From positions 59,029 through 123,028 of the IMG/VR virus record IMGVR_UViG_3300025141_014429: a stretch of DNA of 64,000 nt, one strand, 5' to 3'. The DNA is from a virus. How positions within the stretch are numbered: the first letter of the stretch is position 1; the number at the start of each line of letters is the position of its first letter. Both the position numbers and the translations under genes were made by a program. Below the pieces are notes generated by a model that was given only the letters and a program-made list of their open reading frames with translations, made no database searches and was not told where the DNA came from. Below are positions 40,366 to 48,910 of the stretch, piece by piece.

Positions 40366-42840
40366 ATGTCATTCACTAGTATTACAAAAGATCTTTTCGA
40401 AAATACGAGCATAACCCTTAAGCCTGAAGTTCATTTTATATCTTCTTCTGCAGGCGTAACGGGTTCTGCACAAGTTTCTGCGCTAGTTATGGGAAAGTCT
40501 CCAGGATCAAGCGGTATCAAAGATATAATTAAACCACCTCCTGATAGCGGTCTAGGTTCACTAGTACTTAATGCTCCCGGGTATGATGAGGGAGACTACG
40601 AAGTCTTAACTTTGATTAAAAGTGCTGGTCATGTAGTAAACAAGATAAGATCACAGGGATTGTCATCTGCAGATATTAGCGGCTTTATAAATAGATATCT
40701 TGAAGCTGTCAATGATGCACCTCATTCTTTAAAACATCAAAAAGCAATTGATGTTTTTAGATTTGATCCACCTGTAACAAAATTTCAAAAAAATTCTGCA
40801 GTAAAAAATAACATTAGAAAAGTTTTAATGCCTTATCATAGGGTTCGATATCAAAATTGTGAATTTTCATATTCAAATTATCACACACTTAATTTTTTCA
40901 CAGGTTCAATTTTTCCAACTTCTTCTTGCTTGATATATCCTAATAAGTCACTAAAAACAGGAAAAATGGGTATATATAATCCAAGCGGATCTTTTACATT
41001 AGACTTTTGGATCAATCCCAGGTACCAATTTGACAAGGGCACAGAGATTAAGGCAGGAACTATATTTCATATGTCTTCATCAATTGCACTGTCACTATTA
41101 TCTGGGTCAAGTGTGGACAGTCAAGGTAAAATAGATAAGTATCGTTTATTACTCCAGCTAAGTCATAGTGCTGACAAATCACCAAGTTCTTTTGACCCAA
41201 ATAGTTTGTCAGGAATTTATCCAGATGATTTAGTTTTTGCATCTGAAGATAACGCTCTAGAACAAAATAAGTGGCATCACGTCTCAGTAAGGTGGGGCGG
41301 ATTAAATATAAATGATGCTTCAGGTAGTATTGTAATTGATGAAATCAATAATCAGGGCGGGTCGGGAACAAATACAGAGACAACCTTTAATATTCCTTCC
41401 TCTTCTGTAATTCAAGATAACTTTGATGCTATATTTCTAGGTAATTTCTATGATGGCCCCAACTTAAATGTAGGTTCCGGAGACGCAGTAGTAGAATTTT
41501 TTAATTCTAACGCATCAAGTGCAGAAGGAGTAACATTTATGGGTGGGGCGTCAGATCCATCTGTAGCTGACAGAAGTTTAGCACATCCGCTTAATGCTGA
41601 AATTCATGATATTAAGCTATATAATAAATATTTATTCAATACAGAATTAGATGAAGTACATAACAAAGGTCCTGTATCAAAAGATGACCCTAGCGGATTG
41701 ATATTCTATGTGCCTCCTTTTTATCAGATGGAAACAAGAAAAAGAGATGTACTTGTTACACCGTTCCAAAAGATAGTCGGGACAACAGGTGATCCATTCA
41801 ATGTTTCTTTTTCATTTGGTGTTGGCGGAAAATTAATAAATCTAGAGAATTTTACTAGAGAATTAATTCATGGAGAGTTTCCTCGTCTATACCATTTGAC
41901 TGCATCTATAATTAATAAGACTATAGAAAATATAACCGCAGATGAATACGTTTACGGAGAAATTCCTTACGCTAAATTGAGTACTGCTGGAGTTACTCAT
42001 AATTCCGGATCGATTGGAAAAAGAAACTTTACAATTCTTCCAAATGACAATGGTCAGTTTAGACCTAATTACTTTCCTGTTATAACTAGCTCTAATGCTT
42101 TGGTTTCTTTTAAAACGCCGGGAGGCGGAACAGATTATTCAAACATTAGTCTAGAGAATCTAATACCTACATCATCACTTTATAAAGGGTTGATTTTCCA
42201 AACAGGCAGTATATTTGAGCAAATTGTTGGTTCTTCACCTGAAAACCCAGGTGTAGCTCCAGGAGCAGTTCTTACAATAGCACAGCGTACACGAGATTTA
42301 AGTTCTAATGAGATCGTTGTATTTGATATATCAAATCTTTACTATGGGAACAGAATTCATCCTGGATCATTTATCGCAACAGATGAAGCGCTTACAGGGT
42401 CAAGAGGTTTGATCAATTTGACATTCAAAGACAATGGTATTGGTGGTTTATATAGGGCAAATTGCCTAACAACACAAGCATCTTTTGCTAATCATGGTAA
42501 TATATTCTATGACGAAGGTATTGCAGTAATCAAGACGCCTCATGCTTTTTACTTTGCTAAAGACAAGACAGATCTTAAGTTTAAGGGTGAGCATAATATG
42601 CATGTTATGACACTAAATGCATTCTGCCCACAAGGATTATTTAACTCTTCATCAAATCCGCAGTATAAATTACTATCAGCATCAAACGATACAAACGACG
42701 ATAATTCAAAATTTGTATACATTACAGGCATCAATGTTCACGATGACAATCTTAATGTAATCATGAGAGCAAACTTAGCGCAGCCTGTAATAAAACGTGA
42801 TGATGATGGTTTTCTGTTTAAAATAAAAAAGGATTTTTAA
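40366..42840 (+). CDS. LamG-domain virion protein, C-terminal paralog of 39147
   Basis: FTLDFWINP..KWHHVSVRW..EIHDIKLYNK (LamG); GNIFYDEG, FNSSSNPQY and YITGINVHDDNLNVIMRANLAQP..KIKKDF parallel motifs in 39147. Confidence 0.65.
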   Translation: MSFTSITKDLFENTSITLKPEVHFISSSAGVTGSAQVSALVMGKSPGSSGIKDIIKPPPDSGLGSLVLNAPGYDEGDYEVLTLIKSAGHVVNKIRSQGLSSADISGFINRYLEAVNDAPHSLKHQKAIDVFRFDPPVTKFQKNSAVKNNIRKVLMPYHRVRYQNCEFSYSNYHTLNFFTGSIFPTSSCLIYPNKSLKTGKMGIYNPSGSFTLDFWINPRYQFDKGTEIKAGTIFHMSSSIALSLLSGSSVDSQGKIDKYRLLLQLSHSADKSPSSFDPNSLSGIYPDDLVFASEDNALEQNKWHHVSVRWGGLNINDASGSIVIDEINNQGGSGTNTETTFNIPSSSVIQDNFDAIFLGNFYDGPNLNVGSGDAVVEFFNSNASSAEGVTFMGGASDPSVADRSLAHPLNAEIHDIKLYNKYLFNTELDEVHNKGPVSKDDPSGLIFYVPPFYQMETRKRDVLVTPFQKIVGTTGDPFNVSFSFGVGGKLINLENFTRELIHGEFPRLYHLTASIINKTIENITADEYVYGEIPYAKLSTAGVTHNSGSIGKRNFTILPNDNGQFRPNYFPVITSSNALVSFKTPGGGTDYSNISLENLIPTSSLYKGLIFQTGSIFEQIVGSSPENPGVAPGAVLTIAQRTRDLSSNEIVVFDISNLYYGNRIHPGSFIATDEALTGSRGLINLTFKDNGIGGLYRANCLTTQASFANHGNIFYDEGIAVIKTPHAFYFAKDKTDLKFKGEHNMHVMTLNAFCPQGLFNSSSNPQYKLLSASNDTNDDNSKFVYITGINVHDDNLNVIMRANLAQPVIKRDDDGFLFKIKKDF

Positions 42841-43397
42841 TGATACTTGCACTCGACATATCAACATCTTGTACAGGTTGGTGTGTGTTTGACGAGGATG
42901 GACTTAAGGGATCAGGATACATTGACCTTAGTAAACATAAAGGAATGTATGCAAAAGCTGGTAAAGTTAAAACAGAGCTGCTTTATTTAACTGTTTTGTA
43001 TCCTTTTAGAAAAGTTGTTGTTGAAGAAAACTTACAAGCATTTCGTCCCGGTCTTTCTTCTGCAAAAACACTTATGACGCTGGCACAATTTAATGGTGTA
43101 ATTAGATGGATATGCCATTCAGATTTAAACACAGAAGTTGAATCTATTAACGTAAATACTGCAAGAAAAACAGCAGGAATAAAAATAGATAGAAAGTCAA
43201 AAAAGAAAACCAAGGAGCAGGTTTGGGAGTGGGTTAAGGTTATTAACAATAGCGATCAAATCAAAATCCAGTGGCCGTACAAGACACTTAAAAGCGGGCC
43301 TAATAAAGGTAAGATAAGATTATGTAATGAAGCCTTTGATGTAGCTGATGCTTATGTTATTGGAAAGAGTTATTTTTTATTGAAAAATGACGAGTAG
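42840..43397 (+). CDS. RuvC-like Holliday junction resolvase
   Basis: ILALDISTSCTGW, VVVEE, C-terminal DVADAYVIG acidic catalytic set. Confidence 0.75.
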   Translation: MILALDISTSCTGWCVFDEDGLKGSGYIDLSKHKGMYAKAGKVKTELLYLTVLYPFRKVVVEENLQAFRPGLSSAKTLMTLAQFNGVIRWICHSDLNTEVESINVNTARKTAGIKIDRKSKKKTKEQVWEWVKVINNSDQIKIQWPYKTLKSGPNKGKIRLCNEAFDVADAYVIGKSYFLLKNDE

Positions 43398-43408
43398 TAT
43401 GTTATAAT
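43380..43408 (+). promoter_or_regulatory. Near-consensus sigma70 promoter with extended -10
   Basis: TTGAAA-17 nt-TATAAT with TG at -15/-14, upstream of the primase. Confidence 0.7.
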
Positions 43409-43415
43409 TTGTAAT

Positions 43416-44375
43416 ATGCAAACAATAACATCAAAAATTGAATTTATCACAGGACATTTTGGAGAATGTGATGTTAGTCGCGATGGTACTAACGTAGCTG
43501 TAAAATGTCCTAGTTGTGGTAAAGAAAACAAGAAAAAGCTATCTATTTGTCTCGAAACTTGGCGATATCATTGCTGGGTTTGTGGTATGAAAGGAAAAAA
43601 CCTTTATAAACCAATTAGAGACTTTAGAGGTGCAGATTATGCCAGAGAATATTCTAAGTTATATAATCTTAATAATGAAGATGATGAATCTGCACCTGAA
43701 ATTATTAGAGTTAAATTACCAAAAGACTATATGATGATAGCACCTAATCTCAAGTGCAAAGATCCTGATTTTAGATCTGTTTTAAAGTATTTGCGGAGCA
43801 GAGGTGTTACTGATGAAAAACTTTGGCAGCATAAGATAGGTACATGTATAACTGGAGGCTACTGGAATAGGCGCGTTATTTTTCCTTCTTTTGATGAAAA
43901 GCAAGAATTAAATTACTATGTAAGTAGAGCTATTGATGAAAAAACAAAGCCAAAATACGTAAATGCAAAAGTCAAAAAACGTGATGTTATCTTTGATGAA
44001 ATAAGAATAGACTGGGACAAAGAACTGATAATCGTTGAAGGTGTTTTTGATATGATTAAATGTAATCATAATGTTACCTGCCTTTTAGGAAGTGACATGT
44101 CAATAAAACATTCTATTTTCCAAAAAATTATCCAAAATCAAACACCTGTAGCATTAGCTTTAGATGAAGATGTAAAAGACAAGACTTATAAAATTGCTAA
44201 TTTATTATTTACGTATGGTATTGAAGTTAGAATTATCAATACAGAAGGTGTTGAGGATGTAGGTGAAATGAGTGTTGAAGAATTTAATCAAAGACTAGTT
44301 GAGGCAGATAATTATAATGGAGACTCTAAGATTAGCTATCTAATAGATAGTATAAAATCAGGATCTATTTTCTAG
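43416..44375 (+). CDS. DNA primase (zinc ribbon + TOPRIM)
   Basis: CPSCG...CWVCG, RRVIFP, PKY, IIVEGVFD, LDED. Confidence 0.85.
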   Translation: MQTITSKIEFITGHFGECDVSRDGTNVAVKCPSCGKENKKKLSICLETWRYHCWVCGMKGKNLYKPIRDFRGADYAREYSKLYNLNNEDDESAPEIIRVKLPKDYMMIAPNLKCKDPDFRSVLKYLRSRGVTDEKLWQHKIGTCITGGYWNRRVIFPSFDEKQELNYYVSRAIDEKTKPKYVNAKVKKRDVIFDEIRIDWDKELIIVEGVFDMIKCNHNVTCLLGSDMSIKHSIFQKIIQNQTPVALALDEDVKDKTYKIANLLFTYGIEVRIINTEGVEDVGEMSVEEFNQRLVEADNYNGDSKISYLIDSIKSGSIF

Positions 44376-44383
44376 GAGGGACT

Positions 44384-44677
44384 GTGAAAAATTTGTCTGT
44401 ACAAAAATTAAGAAAAATAATATTAGAAGAAATGCAATCTATGCTAAATGATGACGTTCTATTTTCTCTTGACCAATTACCCACGTCAGGCACAGGTAGG
44501 GTTAGTTATGATAATGATGACATGTCATATCCGCATGATGAAGAAGAGGAATCAGGAGAAATTGGTTCTTGTATAAGTTGTGGCGGTCAATATGACCAAA
44601 AAACTCCTTGCGGTGAACATCCAGCAGACGATGATATTGACAGCGTAGTTAATCACATAATGGATCTCTTAAGCTAG
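44384..44677 (+). CDS. Small acidic hypothetical protein with LRKIILEE N-terminal motif
   Basis: GTG start after GGAGG; CISC...C possible metal site; acidic. Confidence 0.7.
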   Translation: MKNLSVQKLRKIILEEMQSMLNDDVLFSLDQLPTSGTGRVSYDNDDMSYPHDEEEESGEIGSCISCGGQYDQKTPCGEHPADDDIDSVVNHIMDLLS

Positions 44678-44693
44678 AAATTGGGTACGAAAT

Positions 44694-45953
44694 ATGATGT
44701 CTTTAAAGCATCTTTTTGAAAATGATGGCAAAGATTACGATGTTGAATGCACACAAAAGAACATCAAGAAAAGAAATAGGATTAATTTAAAAGCTGGCGA
44801 TGTACCCGTTGTATATCCACCAAAATTTGGATCGAAAAGATATACTACAGATGTTGAGACAGTCATACACTGTTATAATCATCCTATATTTACGCCGGCA
44901 TTTTTAGAGATTAGTGACAGCAACGCTGAAGAAATATATAAAAGATTTGTTGAAAATCAGAACTTGAATATTGATCTAGATCATATTGCTGATCTATGTA
45001 ATGAGTTTGACGGCATAGTTAGAGAACTTAAAAAGTATTATAGTCGAGCTAGACCAAGGGATGAAATTGTAAAAGTAGATGAAAATTTTCCAAGTGAAGA
45101 AATAAAAGAATCAGAAACTTATTCATACCCAAGCGGACACACTGCAATGGGATATTTTATTTCAAATATAATAGCAAAACAGTTTCCGCAGTATCAAGCA
45201 GATTTAGAAACAATAGCAGAAATGATCGGCCAATCTAGGATTGATATTGGGGTTCATTTTCCTTCTGATGTAGAATTTGGAAGATATATTGGAGAGTTAG
45301 CAGCAAGCAAAGTAGGAGAAAATGTAGGTAATCACAAATCACTGTCAGACAAATCAGTTTGTGATATATTTAAGAAAAAATCAAAAGAAAGTAAAGACTA
45401 TGCTAGCGATTTAGCAGAATTCATAAGAAGATCAAATGAGATAGAAAGATATCCGTTAGATTACAATGAATGCTTGAAGGCAAGCAATGAATTCATTGCA
45501 GGGTACCCAGTAGATTATTGCACTGACAACAAATATATCAGATCACATTTATCTGCGCTTAGAAAAGCAGCTTCTTTTGTCAAGATAAACACAATCAACA
45601 ATATCATCGATATTCATAAAAGCCTAGGTAATGATGTTATTGAGAATGATAATGGTGCCGGAGCATTAAGAAACTTTATTCATTCATCTAGGTCAGGTGT
45701 AAAATATCCTGATCCGGAAAATATTCCTAGTGAAGTTGATCAATTTTTGCAAACACGATACGATCACCCGCTTGGTAAACATGCCTACTACGAATGGATT
45801 CATCCGTTTTGTGATGGAAACGGTAGAAGCGGAAGAATTATTCTAGCACATGATCTAGACTTTGATTTTAAAGAGATCTTAAAACACATTGATGATGATT
45901 ATTTGCCTAATATTATCAGCATGACAGGAAATATTGCTGATAATAAGTTTTAA
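44694..45953 (+). CDS. PAP2-family phosphatase fused to a Fic-domain AMP-transferase
   Basis: PAP2 motifs KKYYSRARP, SYPSGH (45123-45140), SRIDIGVHFPSD; Fic motif HPFCDGNGRSGR (45801-45836); no stop between the domains. Confidence 0.85.
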   Translation: MMSLKHLFENDGKDYDVECTQKNIKKRNRINLKAGDVPVVYPPKFGSKRYTTDVETVIHCYNHPIFTPAFLEISDSNAEEIYKRFVENQNLNIDLDHIADLCNEFDGIVRELKKYYSRARPRDEIVKVDENFPSEEIKESETYSYPSGHTAMGYFISNIIAKQFPQYQADLETIAEMIGQSRIDIGVHFPSDVEFGRYIGELAASKVGENVGNHKSLSDKSVCDIFKKKSKESKDYASDLAEFIRRSNEIERYPLDYNECLKASNEFIAGYPVDYCTDNKYIRSHLSALRKAASFVKINTINNIIDIHKSLGNDVIENDNGAGALRNFIHSSRSGVKYPDPENIPSEVDQFLQTRYDHPLGKHAYYEWIHPFCDGNGRSGRIILAHDLDFDFKEILKHIDDDYLPNIISMTGNIADNKF

Positions 45954-45958
45954 ATTGC

Positions 45959-45987
45959 GTGTATAATTCCTACTTACTATGTATAAT
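45959..45987 (+). promoter_or_regulatory. Putative sigma70-like promoter with TGCGTG box
   Basis: TTGC-GTGTAT-17 nt-TATAAT (extended -10 TG present). Confidence 0.6.
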
Positions 45988-46014
45988 TTAAGTACCTACC
46001 TAAAAGGAATTATT

Positions 46015-46350
46015 ATGGCAAAATTTAGTAAAAAGCTAATAAGAAAAGCAGCAAAAGAAGCCAAGAGTAATGGTTTAATTGATAAGACCAAGAAGAAAGA
46101 AAACAGAAGCACAATGCGTGATGTAGCAAGAACAATGCGCAAAGAAAAGAGGGAAACTACATCTTTGACTTGGAATATTCATCCAGGTGATCTAGTAAGA
46201 GTTCATGATGGGTTATTAGGTTATATCATCAAAATAGACTCAGAAGGTGCTTTGAGGTTAAACGATTGGCATCAAGAAGCGACTGTTATGACTAGTCGTG
46301 GTAAAATTGGTGTACATCCTAAAACTTTACAAGTTGTGCAAAAAGCTTAA
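46015..46350 (+). CDS. Hypothetical basic protein with a KOW/SH3-like C-terminal part
   Basis: ATG 46015 after AAGGA (track ATG 45979 lies inside the promoter); IHPGDLVRV pattern. Confidence 0.65.
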   Translation: MAKFSKKLIRKAAKEAKSNGLIDKTKKKENRSTMRDVARTMRKEKRETTSLTWNIHPGDLVRVHDGLLGYIIKIDSEGALRLNDWHQEATVMTSRGKIGVHPKTLQVVQKA

Positions 46351-46355
46351 TTTGC

Positions 46356-46384
46356 GTGCAAATTTAAAAATTAAAAATTATAAT
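46356..46384 (+). promoter_or_regulatory. Putative sigma70-like promoter with TGCGTG box
   Basis: TTGC-GTGCAA-17 nt-TATAAT upstream of AAGGAG and 46426. Confidence 0.6.
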
Positions 46385-46425
46385 ATAAATGTTAAAACAA
46401 TAAAAATTATCCAAAAGGAGTTAAA

Positions 46426-47493
46426 ATGGAAATCAAAACATTCGTACAAGTTGTATCAAACTTACCACCTGAAATATCTGTACTTGCAAGAGGTGCCACA
46501 GGCGTTGGTAAATCACAAATATTTAAGCAAATTGGTGCTAAATTAGGTTTACCAGTTATTGATAGACGCTTAAGTCAAATGACAGAAGGTGATATCATTG
46601 GATTGCCTGAACTAAAAGACGGAATAACAAGATTTGCACCAGTTGATTGGTTTGTAAGAGCTTGTAATGAGCCTGTAATCTTATTTTTAGATGAGATTAA
46701 TAGAGCCTCTGTTGAAGTTCAACAATGTGCTTTCCAGATTGTCTTAGATCGTGAACTAAATGGAATGAAACTACACCCTGAAACCAGATTATATTCTGCA
46801 GTTAATGAAGGTACACACTATCAAGTTAATGATATGGGACCTGCTTTAACCCGTCGTTTTTGGGTTGTCGACCTAGAACCAACAACTGAAGACTGGTTGT
46901 ACTGGGCAGAAAACAATAGTGATATCGATCCTCTTGTCATAGAATTTATTAGACAACAACCGGCACACTTGCGACATAAGGGTGAAATGGAACCGGGTAA
47001 GGTATACCCGAATCCAGCATCATGGGATAGACTTAACTATAGTTTTAAATATGCTAATATGAGTCCAACAAAATGTTGTGGAAAGGAAACACCCGCAGGA
47101 TTCTATGCACTCATGACTGGATTTATTGGTGTTGAAGCTGCAATTTCTTTTAATGATTTTGTAGTCAATTATGATAAGCAATATTCTGCTGAGGATATCT
47201 TAAATGACTGGAGTGATAATGAAAAGGCAATATTGCAATTAACTAATGACAAACATAACGATTTAATAGTAAAGCTTGTTAATCACTGCAAGATCAAAGA
47301 TTGGACAGTTACACAGACTTCAAATGCTTGTTCTTTTATCAATAATTTATCTGGCGAAATGATTGTATCATTCTTTAATGAAATAATGGATACAGAACAA
47401 TTGGATAATATCAGAAAAGTTCACAAGCTTCTTGGAAAGAAAGTTGTTGATATTGTTAATGCATCTGAAAAAGTTGACTGGAAAACAAAATAA
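46426..47493 (+). CDS. MoxR-like AAA+ ATPase
   Basis: GATGVGKS (Walker A), ILFLDEINRA (Walker B), AVN (sensor 1), ALTRRF (Arg finger). Confidence 0.9.
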   Translation: MEIKTFVQVVSNLPPEISVLARGATGVGKSQIFKQIGAKLGLPVIDRRLSQMTEGDIIGLPELKDGITRFAPVDWFVRACNEPVILFLDEINRASVEVQQCAFQIVLDRELNGMKLHPETRLYSAVNEGTHYQVNDMGPALTRRFWVVDLEPTTEDWLYWAENNSDIDPLVIEFIRQQPAHLRHKGEMEPGKVYPNPASWDRLNYSFKYANMSPTKCCGKETPAGFYALMTGFIGVEAAISFNDFVVNYDKQYSAEDILNDWSDNEKAILQLTNDKHNDLIVKLVNHCKIKDWTVTQTSNACSFINNLSGEMIVSFFNEIMDTEQLDNIRKVHKLLGKKVVDIVNASEKVDWKTK

Positions 47494-47498
47494 CCTGC

Positions 47499-47527
47499 GT
47501 GCATATTTTTATGTAAATTTGTATAAT
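47499..47527 (+). promoter_or_regulatory. Putative sigma70-like promoter with TGCGTG box
   Basis: CTGC-GTGCAT-17 nt-TATAAT upstream of GGAGG and 47553. Confidence 0.6.
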
Positions 47528-47552
47528 AATAATGTAAACACATGGAGGTTAT

Positions 47553-48851
47553 ATGTCAAAAAAAGAAATAACAACATCAGATTATATATTCGATGCAGTC
47601 TCTGACGAGGAGGCTGCTAGATATAATCTAGACCCTGTCTTAGTAAAGTTTTTAATGCACGAACCATTTTTTAGTACCATCTTAAGAAGTATGGGCAAGT
47701 ACAAAACCGATCAAATACCTACTGCAGGTGTTACAGTCAAAGATGGCGCTCTTACACTATATTGGAATCCCAAGTTTCTTGCAGGACTCAAACCAAGAGA
47801 AGTGTACGGTTTGCTCAAGCATGAATGTTATCATCTTATCTTTAATCACTGTACTACAAGAAAGCAAGATCCACATGCAATGTGGAATATAGCAACAGAT
47901 TTAGCAATCAACTCTCTTATTGATGAAGATGAGTTACCTGATGGTGGATTTATCCCGGGTAAGGCATTTGACTTAAGTAAGATTGAAGATCCGGATCAAA
48001 AAGCTAAATGGGCAGAATTTTCAAAACTAATAGAAAGTTTTCCTAAGGGTCAAGCATCTGAATGGTATATGGAGCAGCTACGCAAAGATGAAAATGCACA
48101 GCAGTGTTGTGAAGATATGAGCGGTGAAGGTGGTGGGGAAGGTATCCCTGGGGGATTTGACGATCATGGAAAATGGGGTGAAGGGCTTTCTGAAGAACAG
48201 CGACAGCTTCTAGACGGCAAAGTAAAACAAATCATAGGTGATGCAGTAAAAAAATCTGATGGTAAAAACTCATGGGGTACTGTTAGCGCTGAGACTCGTG
48301 AAATGCTTAGAAAAATGTTTAATAAAACAATCGACTGGAAAAAGGTATTACAGACTTTTGTAGGTCGAAGGCAGAGAGCAAACAAAACATCAACACATCG
48401 TAGACTAAATAGAAAGTATCCGTATATTCATCCTGGAAAGCACAGAAGTCATACCAGTAATTTGGTTATATACATCGACCAATCAGGTTCAATAGGTAGT
48501 GACGATATTGAAATGTTTTTTGGTGCGTTGTCAGAGCTAGCAAAAAATGTTACATTTACAGTTTATTTCTTTGATACTTCAGTTGATGAAAGAAGCAAGT
48601 TTATTTGGAAGAAAGGTAAGAAAAATGTTAAAGCAACCAGAACGCGTCACGGTGGTACATGTTTCAACTGTGTGGAGTTACATTATAGAGGCGTAAGCTC
48701 AGAATATGATGGCTATCTTGTTTTAACAGATGGCTGTGCATCCAAGCCTTACCCTTGTGTAAGTCAAAGATGCTGGGTTCTCCTTCCTAATTATGACTTG
48801 TATTTCCCGGCTGATAAAAAAGATACTATAGTCAGGATGGATCGCTCATAA
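47553..48851 (+). CDS. DUF2201-type protein: HExxH metallopeptidase-like domain + VWA domain
   Basis: LLKHECYHL; WNIATDLAIN; DDHGKW; MIDAS IDQSGS...GGTCF...LTDG. Confidence 0.88.
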   Translation: MSKKEITTSDYIFDAVSDEEAARYNLDPVLVKFLMHEPFFSTILRSMGKYKTDQIPTAGVTVKDGALTLYWNPKFLAGLKPREVYGLLKHECYHLIFNHCTTRKQDPHAMWNIATDLAINSLIDEDELPDGGFIPGKAFDLSKIEDPDQKAKWAEFSKLIESFPKGQASEWYMEQLRKDENAQQCCEDMSGEGGGEGIPGGFDDHGKWGEGLSEEQRQLLDGKVKQIIGDAVKKSDGKNSWGTVSAETREMLRKMFNKTIDWKKVLQTFVGRRQRANKTSTHRRLNRKYPYIHPGKHRSHTSNLVIYIDQSGSIGSDDIEMFFGALSELAKNVTFTVYFFDTSVDERSKFIWKKGKKNVKATRTRHGGTCFNCVELHYRGVSSEYDGYLVLTDGCASKPYPCVSQRCWVLLPNYDLYFPADKKDTIVRMDRS

Positions 48852-48857
48852 ATCAAA

Positions 48858-48886
48858 TTGTAAACTTCATAAACTCGCGTTATAAT
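48858..48886 (+). promoter_or_regulatory. Putative sigma70-like promoter
   Basis: TTGTAA-17 nt-TATAAT upstream of GAGG and 48911. Confidence 0.6.
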
Positions 48887-48910
48887 ATAATGAACTTATA
48901 GCGAGGGTTT

